Numbered from the whole stretch's first letter, positions 52,617 through 61,275 are shown. The stretch: DNA of 63,789 bases, filler included, from Nitrospinota bacterium (GCA_030620925.1; 11 parts of 11 records of this genome joined end to end with filler, not necessarily neighbours in it), one strand, 5' to 3'. Notes: a model not told the origin generated them from the letters alone. Numbers and translations are program-made.

Positions 52617-52943
52617 TTATTTGCCTTCCAGCGGGTATTCCGCCTCCGCCCAGGCGTTGAATCCGCCCTTCAGGGCACAAACATTCCGGAAACCCAGCGT
52701 CCGCATCTCCGCCGCCGCACCGACGGCCGAGCCCTCGCTCGGTCACGTTCAGTAAAAAACGAGCTTCCCTTCGGCCGACAGCTCATTGTGGGCGGCCGCT
52801 ATCGTGTCTTTGGTTATGTTTATAGCTCCCGATATGTGCGCCGAATCGTAGGCCTCGCTGGACCTCACGTCTATTACCGTAACATTTTCACCATCGTCCA
52901 GCATGGTTTTGAGCTCATGGGGGGTTATGCGTTCTATATCCAT
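52617..52943 (-). CDS. Rhodanese-domain selenoprotein candidate with two in-frame UGA codons (UxU)
   Basis: IDVRS...HISGAINI...LVFY-TGA-ACG-TGA-PSEGSAVGAAAEMRTLGFRNVCALKGGFNAWAEAEYPLEGK-TAA; GGAGGTG RBS. Confidence 0.85.
52711..52742 (-). promoter_or_regulatory. SECIS-like hairpins
   Basis: CCGAGC-GAGG-GCTCGG right after the second UGA, then GCCGTCG-GTG-CGGCGGC. Confidence 0.6.
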
Positions 52944-53005
52944 GAAAAACACCTCCTGATCCAATTATTAATATAAATATATACCGCCAGGAGGCCCGGA
53001 ACGCT

Positions 53006-53725
53006 CTATCTGATCAGCAAAATCGACCCCAGGGCAAGCAAACCTATATAAATGCACTTCCGGTACATCGCGGTGTCCATTCTTTCATAGGCCCGAAGGC
53101 CCAGGAAGTAGCCCAGTGCTACAGAAGGTATAAAATAGATACAGTAGAGCAGCACGCCCTTGGTGACCATGTGCGAGGCGGCATAGAGGGACAGCCGGGT
53201 GCTGCAACTGATGATGAAAAAAAACTGCAGCGAACCCTTCAACTCGTCCTTTTCCCAGTTCTTCAACGTTACGAAAACGATGGCCGGCGGTCCCCCGATG
53301 TTGAAAGCGCCTCCCAGGTTGCCGCTGACGAATCCCAGCAGGTAACCCCAGCCCCCGCGTATCGCCTGCTTCACCCGGGTAACTCCCAGCAGGGACCACC
53401 CTCCGTACAGGATGAGCATCACACCCAGACCCGTGATTATGTTCTCCTCCGGCACATACTTCAGTATCAGCACGCCGACCGGCGTTCCGGCTACGGCTCC
53501 CACGATAAGAGGCAACATCTGCCGCCCTTGAACCTTCCCCCTGTGCCGGAGGAAAAGAATAACTGTCAGAGACAGGGCGTAAATGGCTACAAAGGGTATC
53601 GAAAACTTAACCCCCAGCACCAGAGGAAGGACGCCCATAGAGACCAGCCCGAAACCAAACCCCGTTACGCTCTGAGTAAACGCCGCCGCAACGAGAATAG
53701 CGGCTATTCCTGCAATTTGGCCCAT
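53006..53725 (-). CDS. TauE/SafE (TSUP) family sulfur-compound transporter
   Basis: QSVTGFGFGLV, GTPVG, GGAFNIGGPP; about 8 TM helices. Confidence 0.9.
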   Translation of the reverse strand: MGQIAGIAAILVAAAFTQSVTGFGFGLVSMGVLPLVLGVKFSIPFVAIYALSLTVILFLRHRGKVQGRQMLPLIVGAVAGTPVGVLILKYVPEENIITGLGVMLILYGGWSLLGVTRVKQAIRGGWGYLLGFVSGNLGGAFNIGGPPAIVFVTLKNWEKDELKGSLQFFFIISCSTRLSLYAASHMVTKGVLLYCIYFIPSVALGYFLGLRAYERMDTAMYRKCIYIGLLALGSILLIR

Positions 53726-53896
53726 GGCGTTACCTTTTTATGAGTAGGAGAATCCTTCATCCGATTATGCCTGAGTATTTGTTCACAATTTCCGGCAAAT
53801 CCCGCGCCGCCGTCCATTATAAAAAATTCTCATGGTGAAAGTCCATCTTATGGTAGTATTATCTGCAAATCCAATCGACCGGAAGGAGGGGTATTG

Positions 53897-54853
53897 ATGT
53901 TTCGCACCGTCGTATGCGACATGCTGGGGATAGAATATCCGATCATCCAGGGGGGCATGGCCTGGGCTTCGGATCACAGGTTGACAGCGGCTGTCTCCAA
54001 TGCCGGAGGGTTGGGCCTCATCGCCGCAGGCAACATTCCCGACGAAGACCTTATTCACGAGATACGAGAAACGCGCAAACTCACCGATAAACCCTTCGGC
54101 GTAAATATCGTGCCCATCGCCGGAGTGCAACTGATGGACCGCATAAAGGTCCTGGTCGACGAAGGTATCAACATCGCCGCCACCGCTTTCTCCGACCCCA
54201 CGATGCCCGTCATCTCCGAGCTGCACAAGCACCCAATGAAGGTCCTCTGCGTGGTCCCTTCAGTGCGCCTGGCCAAAAGGGTGGAAGCTGAAGGGGCGGA
54301 TCTAATCGTCGCCTCGGGCACCGAGGCCGGCGGGCACGTTGGCAGGATAGCCACCCTTCCCCTGGTGCCTCAGGTGGTCGACGCGGTGAACGCGCCCGTG
54401 CTGGCCGCAGGCGGTATAGGCGACGGGCGGGGATTGCTGGCCGCCCTCTCCCTGGGGGCAAGCGGGGTACAGATGGGCACCCGCTTCCTGGCCACCAAAG
54501 AGTGCATAATACATCAGAGCTTGAAAGCCCTCCTGGTGGAGGCCACCGAGGAGGATACGGTAGTCACCGGAAGCGTAACCGGCTCTCCCGCCCGCTGTTT
54601 GAGAAACGAGTTCACCGATTACTGGCTTACCAAAGAAAAAGAGAAAGGCCACATGGCCAAGGATGAGCTTCAGCGAGAAGGGCTGGGAAGACTATATAAG
54701 GGGATGATCGAAGGAGACATGGAAAACGGGACGCTCCCCGGAGGACAGGTCTGCGGCCTCATCCGGGAGATAAAGAGCGTTAAGGAAATAATCGAGGGTA
54801 TCATGGCGGAAGCAGAGGCCATCTATAAGAGTATGGGCAAAGCGCAGGCATGA
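53897..54853 (+). CDS. Nitronate monooxygenase / FabK-like flavoenzyme
   Basis: PIIQGGMAW, AVSNAGGLG, EAGGH, AAGGIGDGRG, QMGTRF. Confidence 0.92.
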   Translation: MFRTVVCDMLGIEYPIIQGGMAWASDHRLTAAVSNAGGLGLIAAGNIPDEDLIHEIRETRKLTDKPFGVNIVPIAGVQLMDRIKVLVDEGINIAATAFSDPTMPVISELHKHPMKVLCVVPSVRLAKRVEAEGADLIVASGTEAGGHVGRIATLPLVPQVVDAVNAPVLAAGGIGDGRGLLAALSLGASGVQMGTRFLATKECIIHQSLKALLVEATEEDTVVTGSVTGSPARCLRNEFTDYWLTKEKEKGHMAKDELQREGLGRLYKGMIEGDMENGTLPGGQVCGLIREIKSVKEIIEGIMAEAEAIYKSMGKAQA

Positions 54854-54952
54854 GGTTTACGCGGCCTCTAATGACCATCATTTTTTATTGAATCCGACTG
54901 AAAGCAGGATACACCAGACACCTTAACGCAGACGCAGGGAAAGGAAACCGAA

Positions 54953-55525
54953 ATGGCCAGGAAATCGCTCAAACCCGACACCATGCTTGCCCCCACACCA
55001 GTGGTAATGGTGAGCTGCCAGAGGGAAGGGGAAAAACCGAACATAATAACCATAGCCTGGATAGGCGTGGTCTGCTCGGACCCCCCCATGGTCAGTATCA
55101 GCATCCGCCCCAGCAGGTATTCATACGAGATGATCAAGGAAGCGGGGGAGTTCGTGGTTAACATTCCCACCCGTGAATTGTGCCAGGTTACCGACTACTG
55201 CGGCATCGTCTCCGGGAGGGATGTGGATAAATTCAAGGAGACCGGCCTCTCCCCGGAACCCTCTACCGTAATCAAAACACCCTCCATCAGCGAATGCCCC
55301 TTGAGCCTGGAATGCCGGCTAAAAGAAGTGATACACCTGGGCGCTCACGATCTGTTCCTGGGGGAGGTGGTGGCAGTTACGGCCGATGAGTCCGTCTTGA
55401 ACGGGGATCGGATTCAGGTCTCAAACCTGAACGCCATTTCCTATATGCCTCCCACGAGCGAATATTGGTCGCTTAACGAAACCATGGGCCGCTTCGGCTA
55501 CTCCAAAAAGAAGATGGCCAAATAA
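54953..55525 (+). CDS. Flavin reductase-like FMN-binding protein
   Basis: PVVMVSC, NIITIAW, SGRDVDKF, ECPLSLEC, HDLFLGEV. Confidence 0.92.
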   Translation: MARKSLKPDTMLAPTPVVMVSCQREGEKPNIITIAWIGVVCSDPPMVSISIRPSRYSYEMIKEAGEFVVNIPTRELCQVTDYCGIVSGRDVDKFKETGLSPEPSTVIKTPSISECPLSLECRLKEVIHLGAHDLFLGEVVAVTADESVLNGDRIQVSNLNAISYMPPTSEYWSLNETMGRFGYSKKKMAK

Positions 55526-55539
55526 CAAAAGCAGGGCAG

Positions 55540-55605
55540 CCCCGCGTACGGCGGGATTATCCCCGCCCTGTGGAGTCAGGGCGAAATCCATCCCGTGGGG
55601 CAACA
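55540..55605. repeat. Short GC palindromes of the CCCGC...GCGGG family
   Basis: CCCGCGTACGGCGGGA; CGCCCTG...CAGGGCG. Confidence 0.45.
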
Positions 55606-55812
55606 AGATAACAGTGGAAAAACCGACTCATTAGTTTTATAATACCCATTTGATTGAAGCTCCACAAAGATCGGTATTAAGTAATCCGCCGACCTCTAGC
55701 CATCAACCCCTTCCGACAATATGGATGCAATATCGACATTGGACTCTGGTGGCCCGGGACGAAAATAGTCAAATCTGCTTTTCGCCGACGGCAAATTTAT
55801 TGAGGTAGCATC

Positions 55813-56769
55813 TTGGAAAAATGTTTAATCACAGGCATCACGGGATTTGCCGGAAGCCACCTGACCGATTACCTCCTCACCTTGTCCGACGTGGAGGTTC
55901 ACGGCGTCCTCAGGTGGCGCAGCCGCACCGAACATATCAGCCATTTCGCGGGCAACGTCGTTATGCACGAGTGTGATGTCAGGGACCTCTCTTCGGTCAT
56001 CAGGGTGCTAAAGACAGTAAAACCGGATAAAATCTTTCATCTTGCGGCACAGAGCTACGTTCCCACATCATGGTCAGCGCCCTCGGAATCCATCACCACT
56101 AACGTAATCGGAACCCTCAACATATTTGAGGCCTCACGCCACCTGGACCTGAACCCCCGAATACAACTGGCCTGTTCCAGCGAAGAATACGGCATGGTCT
56201 ACGAGGATGAGGTACCCGTTAAAGAAACCAACCTCCTGCGGCCGCTGAGCCCATACGCAGTCAGCAAAGTGGGTGAAGACCTTCTGGGCTACCAGTATTT
56301 CCATAGTTACGGCCTGCATATCATCAGGACGCGCGCCTTCAATCACACCGGTCCCAGGAGGGGCGACGTCTTCGTCTGTTCGAATTTCGCCAAACAGATA
56401 GCCCTCATGGAAAAAGGGGCCGTCGAGCCGGTGCTGCACGTGGGAAATTTAGAGGCCAAAAGGGACTTCACAGACGTCAGGGACATCGTAAGGGGATACT
56501 ACCTGGCCCTTGAAAAAGGAGAACCCGGGGAGGCTTACAACATCTGTACGGGGGAAGCATACTCCATCAAAGATATAATCGATATGCTGCTGGAGATGAC
56601 CTCAATCAAGGTGGAATTCAAAGTCGACCAGGAGAGGATCAGACCCTCGGACGTCCCCCTGCTCATTGGTGACAATACGAAGTTCAAAAAAGCCACAGGA
56701 TGGTCCCCCTCTATCTCTTTCAGCAAAACCCTGAAAGACGTCCTGACTTACTGGAGGGAGACAGTCTGA
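55813..56769 (+). CDS. GDP-mannose 4,6-dehydratase / Rmd-like NDP-sugar SDR
   Basis: GITGFAG, HLAAQS, SSEEYG, YAVSK, FNHTGPRR, GNLEAKRDF. Confidence 0.9.
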   Translation: MEKCLITGITGFAGSHLTDYLLTLSDVEVHGVLRWRSRTEHISHFAGNVVMHECDVRDLSSVIRVLKTVKPDKIFHLAAQSYVPTSWSAPSESITTNVIGTLNIFEASRHLDLNPRIQLACSSEEYGMVYEDEVPVKETNLLRPLSPYAVSKVGEDLLGYQYFHSYGLHIIRTRAFNHTGPRRGDVFVCSNFAKQIALMEKGAVEPVLHVGNLEAKRDFTDVRDIVRGYYLALEKGEPGEAYNICTGEAYSIKDIIDMLLEMTSIKVEFKVDQERIRPSDVPLLIGDNTKFKKATGWSPSISFSKTLKDVLTYWRETV

Positions 56770-56831
56770 TCAGCGCTGCCCCCTTTTAGAATCGCCATCC
56801 CTTGCTTTCTTGTTGTCCTCTGAAGGAAGGG

Positions 56832-57050
56832 TCATTTACCGGTGAGGTCTTTCAGCTCTCTTTTTGCTCCCTCTATCTCCTTTTCAAGCTCTTTTATATA
56901 TCCCTCCAACTCCTCAGCATCTTCCTCAACCGTACTGAATTGCCTCTGGAATCCGGACCCGCAGGAGCACGGGCTGCAACCACAAGAACAGCACGCCCCC
57001 CTTTGGGAACCCCTACCACAACCGCACCTATCAAAAGACTGTCTGCACAT
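56832..57050 (-). CDS. Small Cys-rich protein with a C-terminal coiled coil (DUF5320-like)
   Basis: CGC...CCSCGCSPCSCG...RQFST...LEGYIKELEKEIEG; AAAGGAGG RBS. Confidence 0.8.
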   Translation of the reverse strand: MCRQSFDRCGCGRGSQRGACCSCGCSPCSCGSGFQRQFSTVEEDAEELEGYIKELEKEIEGAKRELKDLTGK

Positions 57051-57074
57051 GTTCGCCTCCTTTCAGGTATAAGG

Positions 57075-57239
57075 TTAGGTTATACCTATGATCATTTTTC
57101 CGAGGGCATCTTTTAGAACTTCGGTAGTGTTTACATGAAGGGTGATGCCCCGTGCGTCCCTGAAATGTTTTTCAAGGGAAAATTCCTCCGTATAACCATG
57201 ACCACCGTGTATCTGCAGGAACTTCGCATTGCCTGAGTA
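57075..57239 (-). pseudogene. Acyl-CoA dehydrogenase C-terminal remnant
   Basis: LQIHGGHGYTEEFSLEKHFRDARGITLHVNTTEVLKDALGKMIIGIT*; no start, in-frame stop upstream. Confidence 0.8.
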
Positions 57240-57371
57240 TTAACTCACCTTCGTATGAACCTCTAAGGCCGAGCATTTCATTTTTTCTTCCTATTGTAAG
57301 CCCCGCTCCTTAGTTCAATAATTTCTTTAGTGTTGATTAAGCAAGAGGTCCGCCCGGTGCGGGTGATCAGA

Positions 57372-57437
57372 CTACTTAGTGCCTAAACAACCGCAGTCAC
57401 AGGATTTTTTCTTAGCTTTCTTCTTCTTTTCAGCCAT
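57372..57437 (-). CDS. 21-aa Lys/Cys-rich small peptide
   Basis: MAEKKKKAKKKSCDCGCLGTK* with AAAGGGGGTGA RBS 6 nt upstream. Confidence 0.6.
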   Translation of the reverse strand: MAEKKKKAKKKSCDCGCLGTK

Positions 57438-57509
57438 ACTCGATCACCCCCTTTCCTGGGTTGATGGTTTTTGCTACCGTCATGCCGGGCGGACCAATCG
57501 CCAGAACAT

Positions 57510-57540
57510 TTAAGTATATTAGTAAGTCCTTATATATACG
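57510..57540. promoter_or_regulatory. Second ArsR-type operator copy
   Basis: TTAAGTATATTAGT is identical to the half-site at 57923. Confidence 0.65.
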
Positions 57541-57551
57541 GGCAAAAAAAA

Positions 57552-57911
57552 CTACTCCGCTTCGGCTATTTTCTTTTCCACCTCTTCGAGCTCTCTTTTA
57601 AGCGCTTCACGATACCTCTGCAGCGAAGGCAGGCTGCCTTCACAACCACAGGTGCAGATCTGTTCCATTTTGTCCCGGCATTTAACGAGCGCCTCTTCGT
57701 TGATACTGTAGTGAACCCAGTAGCCATCCCTCTTATTCCTCACTATGTCCGCGCTCTTTAATATCCTCAACTGCTGAGACACGGCGGACTGGCTGACGCC
57801 AAGCTCTTCGGCCAGGGCGTTTACAGTCATGGGGCCCTTCTTCAGCAGCTCAACAATGTTAATCCTGGTGTCCACTGAGAGCACTTTGAATAGTTCAGCA
57901 ATTTCGTTCAT
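57552..57911 (-). CDS. ArsR/SmtB-family repressor with C-terminal CxCGC and coiled coil
   Basis: FKVLSVDTRINI, SQSAVSQQLRILK, RDGYWVHYSIN, CTCGC. Confidence 0.92.
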   Translation of the reverse strand: MNEIAELFKVLSVDTRINIVELLKKGPMTVNALAEELGVSQSAVSQQLRILKSADIVRNKRDGYWVHYSINEEALVKCRDKMEQICTCGCEGSLPSLQRYREALKRELEEVEKKIAEAE

Positions 57912-57922
57912 CTATTGTCTCC

Positions 57923-57954
57923 TTAAGTATATTAGTTATTACTAATATGCTTAA
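57923..57954. promoter_or_regulatory. ArsR operator inverted repeat
   Basis: TTAAGTATATTAGT-TATT-ACTAATATGCTTAA (14-4-14, one mismatch), overlapping a minus-strand promoter (TTGACT at 57966-71). Confidence 0.8.
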
Positions 57955-58074
57955 TCGTATCTAAAAGTCAAGTGCTTTTTTAAGATCAAGGGAAAATAAT
58001 TGGTAATAACTAATGCTTTGGTACTGTTTTGACTGATAATTTAGCTATTTAGATGAGCAAACACAAAAATTTAG

Positions 58075-58365
58075 GGGGAGCGCTCCCCGCGGAAGACGGG
58101 GTCAAAGGTGAGGGGAAATTTGTTGCTGGCAGAATCGCGGCAAGATGCCGCTCTTACGATGGTGGGTAGTCCCGCTTGCCGCGGGCCCTTCGCTCCGCTC
58201 GAGGGCAAGACTCAGAATGACACGATGCGGAGTGGCAGGTTCACGGCACGCCGTGCTCGAGTTCCTCTCCCTTGACGGGAAGGGATTGGGGAGGGTGATA
58301 CTATTAAATTCACCCCCACCCTATCCCTCCCCTGGTCCCGCTAACCGCGGGACTCAGAATGACAG
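58075..58365. repeat. REP-like palindrome mosaic
   Basis: CCCCGCGGAAGACGGGGTCAA; GTCCCGC...GCGGG twice; CTCAGAATGACA twice; TCACCCCCACCCTATCCCTCC. Confidence 0.8.
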
Positions 58366-58559
58366 AGAGAGCGCTTTTGCCATAGCCAAAAACAGAAAGA
58401 GAATATCCTGCACATACTCCACGCAAATGACAAGTCATGTCGCAAACATTAAAAAAAATGACTGAGTATCTGAAACACGTTTCCAAAGAGAGTAAACTTC
58501 GCCCCGTCAAACAGCCCGCGCGGTATGGAGCACCTTCCGGGCGCGACTAGATGTTGTAG

Positions 58560-58860
58560 CAGAGGCATTAGTCCCCTATAAATCTGGTGGAAATTCCGGG
58601 TTATCCACGATTTGAAAATATAAAATGCAATTATTCAGATTAAAATAGTCGTAACCTGTGGAAAATAATTAAACCAACTTAAATATTTATCGCATCTACC
58701 CACGCAAGGGGACTAAAAAGGGATAAACTATTGATAATATGGATATTTAATGGTTGCCTAATTTTTGTGCAATCCGTTACAAATCCTTTTATTTTTGCCA
58801 TAAATAGGGGTTTCCCCCAGCGTTTTCCACAACTTTTCCACCATTTTTGTTAATAAAGTA
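58560..58860. promoter_or_regulatory. AT-rich DnaA-box cluster with IHF site (oriC/datA/DARS-like)
   Basis: TTATCCACG 58601, TGTGGAAAA 58657, TTTTCCACA 58823, TTTTCCACC 58834, TGTTAATAA 58848; IHF consensus match 58724-36. Confidence 0.5.
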
Positions 58861-58926
58861 TTACAACTTTAGCAAGGCTCAATAAATTTAGGGTGTTACG
58901 GCAATTTTACTATTGACAGTTCGACC

Positions 58927-58956
58927 ATTGTATGCAATATTAGTTGTATAATACAA
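58927..58956. promoter_or_regulatory. MarR-type operator palindromes
   Basis: ATTGTATGCAAT and TTGTATAATACAA just upstream of the MarR gene, after TTGACA. Confidence 0.6.
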
Positions 58957-58977
58957 TATTAATGGAGGCAATCACAC

Positions 58978-59490
58978 ATGCAAGAGAAAAACGAAGGACA
59001 ATTCATCAGTGACCTTCAGGAGCTTACCGACGATGTCATCCGGGTTTTCCAACTCATGGATCGGGAGGAAAAGAGCCGTTTCGGCGTCACAATGACCCAG
59101 AGCTACGCCCTGCAGAGCATCTACTGCTGCGAAAAGCTTACCATGAATCAGCTCAGCGAGCGGATGGGTCTGGCCACAAGCACCATGACCCGCATAGTGG
59201 ACAACCTAGTTCGCGACGGCTACATCGGAAGGATCAGAGACGATACGGACAGGCGGCTGGTATATGTAACGCTTACCGAAGATGGGCTCAAGCTTGCCGA
59301 ACAGTTGCGTGCCTGCACCACGGAATGTTTTAATAACATTGCGAAAAATATTCCCTCGGGAAACAGGACGACCGTGGTAAACGGCATCAGGGCTTTCCTG
59401 GAGGCCCTGAAATGCGCCTATGCCGAATCATGTGAAGATGTATCCACCGACAAGAAAGTTGAGGAGAAGGTCGGCCAGTCTTCATCCTAG
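58978..59490 (+). CDS. MarR-family regulator, Cys-rich
   Basis: LTMNQLSERMGLATSTMTRIVDNLV, DRRLVYVTLT. Confidence 0.92.
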   Translation: MQEKNEGQFISDLQELTDDVIRVFQLMDREEKSRFGVTMTQSYALQSIYCCEKLTMNQLSERMGLATSTMTRIVDNLVRDGYIGRIRDDTDRRLVYVTLTEDGLKLAEQLRACTTECFNNIAKNIPSGNRTTVVNGIRAFLEALKCAYAESCEDVSTDKKVEEKVGQSSS

Positions 59491-59931
59491 AAGGCGCTTG
59501 ACCGTCTCGTTGACCATCTTGCCGTCAGCCTTACCTTTAACCTCTGCCATAACCGTTCTCATGACATCGCCGAATTTCGGCTCCGCGCCCCCTTCAGACA
59601 GTTCTTCCATTTTCTTCTTGACCAGTTCCTCAACTTCCTCCCCGGATAGCTGTTTGGGCAGGAACTTCTGCACCACTTCTATCTCTTCAAGCAATGATGA
59701 TGTATCACGCCCGGCGGATTCCATCCCTTCCAGGGCTTCATGAAGCCGCTTGCGGTAGGATGCAATGATGGGGACAACCTCGTCTTCCTCCAGCTCGCCC
59801 TCGCGGTGCTTTTCCTTTTCCTTCATCTGGATGGCGCTGAGCATCATGCGCACCGCGTTCAGCCCCACCTGATTCTTCTCCTTCATATAGGTTTTCATGG
59901 CCTCCCTCAGCCGCTCTTTGGTCTCGCTCAA
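59482..59931 (-). CDS. GatB/YqeY domain protein
   Basis: MKTYMKEKN, KFLPKQLS, VKGKADGKMVN. Confidence 0.9.
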   Translation of the reverse strand: MSETKERLREAMKTYMKEKNQVGLNAVRMMLSAIQMKEKEKHREGELEEDEVVPIIASYRKRLHEALEGMESAGRDTSSLLEEIEVVQKFLPKQLSGEEVEELVKKKMEELSEGGAEPKFGDVMRTVMAEVKGKADGKMVNETVKRLLG

Positions 59932-60177
59932 CTCTTCACACTCCTTTCTTATGCAAAATACCTGCAGAGCCCGGTTAGCCCGGGTTATGAAAACAGGGGC
60001 CGAACCGTCATACCCTCCCCCGCATAACCCTCAACCTTATAATATTAACACCTGCAACTCCGCCTCCGCAAGGCAGCAGGGGCCTAATCCTTGACTAATG
60101 TCGCCGGCGCGGATACAATCTGTCAAAATGCGAAGTCCGGTTAAATCATATACCAACTTTGAATCAGGGAGGACGAA

Positions 60178-60396
60178 ATGTCACCTGCCCAAGGCCCCGC
60201 CGACGAATGCCCGAGACTCGAAGAGAATCTCAGCTCATGCAGCTGCACGTATACCTCCTGCCCCAGGAGGGGGCAATGCTGCCTGTGTGTGGTCCATCAC
60301 CGGGAGCAGAACCAGTTGCCCGGCTGTTTCTTCCCGCCGGAAATTGAAAAAACCTACGACCGCTCCTACGAGCGGTTCGCTCAACTATACAGCTAA
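60178..60396 (+). CDS. Small Cys-rich protein (DUF6485-like)
   Basis: CSCTYTSCPRRGQCCLCVVHH...LPGCFFP...TYDRS; GGGAGG RBS. Confidence 0.75.
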   Translation: MSPAQGPADECPRLEENLSSCSCTYTSCPRRGQCCLCVVHHREQNQLPGCFFPPEIEKTYDRSYERFAQLYS

Positions 60397-60518
60397 AAAG
60401 AACGGAGAAACCAGTGAGNNNNNNNNNNNNNNNNNNNNNNNNNNNNNNNNNNNNNNNNNNNNTTAATTAATTAANNNNNNNNNNNNNNNNNNNNNNNNNN
60501 NNNNNNNNNNNNNNNNNN

Positions 60519-60739
60519 CTGAGTCAGCCGCCGGCTGGCGACGAATCTCGGCCCGTTCCAGGTATTGTTGGGTGAGCGAGCGTTACGGCTACGAGATTCT
60601 TCGCTTCGCTCAGAATGACAAACTCCGGGGTTGTAGTAGCAGTCCCGCGTTTCGAGGGACCGCTTCCTGGCTGAAAATAGTTTTATATATTCAGTATTTA
60701 TTACCGAATTTGTAGAGACAATTCATGAATTGTCTCTAC
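60519..60739. repeat. Paired REP-like elements and a perfect GTAG palindrome
   Basis: CTGAG...GAATCTC and inverted GAGATTCTTCGCTTCGCTCAGAATGACA; GTAGAGACAATTCATGAATTGTCTCTAC (60712-39). Confidence 0.8.
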
Positions 60740-61272
60740 GAGTGAACAGGAACGAAATAGACGTCCGTGGGCTTAAACTTTGAGTTGCGTCTGAATTTCG
60801 CCTTCACATTCATGCCCACCCAGTCCATAGTAGCTTTTGCCGGATCAACGCCCACCAATCGGGAGAGAAAGAGTGTGTCGACATCATCCCATTCCACAAG
60901 GATGAGAATGAATGGAGTCTCGTTGAGGAACTCCTCGCTGCCGTAATGGCACACGGTAAAGGTGTGTAAGCGTCCTTCCAGGGGAAGCTCAATCCAGTCG
61001 CAATCGCCGCCGCATTCCATGCAAGACATCTTAGGAGTGCCGTAGGTGTAGCCGCAGGTCTGGCATCGCGTCCCCAGCAGTTTGCCGTTGGCCAGTCCGG
61101 CGAAGAAGGGGGAATCCTGTCCGTAGCTGTGAATGTAATCTATGTAATAGGGCTGTTTCAATATGATGGGAGCCATTTCTTTGAGCTGGGACAGGTCTTT
61201 CGGGAAAGGGACATTAAATATTGTGCTTCCCTCCTCTGTCTCCGGGATGGAAGCTGGATATTCTTCGTTCAT
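60736..61272 (-). CDS. Zn-ribbon/OB-fold (DUF35) thiolase partner protein
   Basis: FFAGLANGKLLGTRCQTCG...PKMSCMECG; OB fold. Confidence 0.9.
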   Translation of the reverse strand: MNEEYPASIPETEEGSTIFNVPFPKDLSQLKEMAPIILKQPYYIDYIHSYGQDSPFFAGLANGKLLGTRCQTCGYTYGTPKMSCMECGGDCDWIELPLEGRLHTFTVCHYGSEEFLNETPFILILVEWDDVDTLFLSRLVGVDPAKATMDWVGMNVKAKFRRNSKFKPTDVYFVPVHS

Positions 61273-61275
61273 TTC

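Noticed and set aside
52558-52746. ORF 52558-52746 as a separate gene or frameshifted second half of the rhodanese
   Set aside because: The rhodanese C-terminal motifs lie in the same frame as the N-terminal half, past the two UGAs. This ORF is in a different frame and has no recognisable motifs.
58145-58510. ORFs 58145-58465 and 58310-58510
   Set aside because: They run through REP mosaics (LRMT, PPPYPSP) and show no coding signal.
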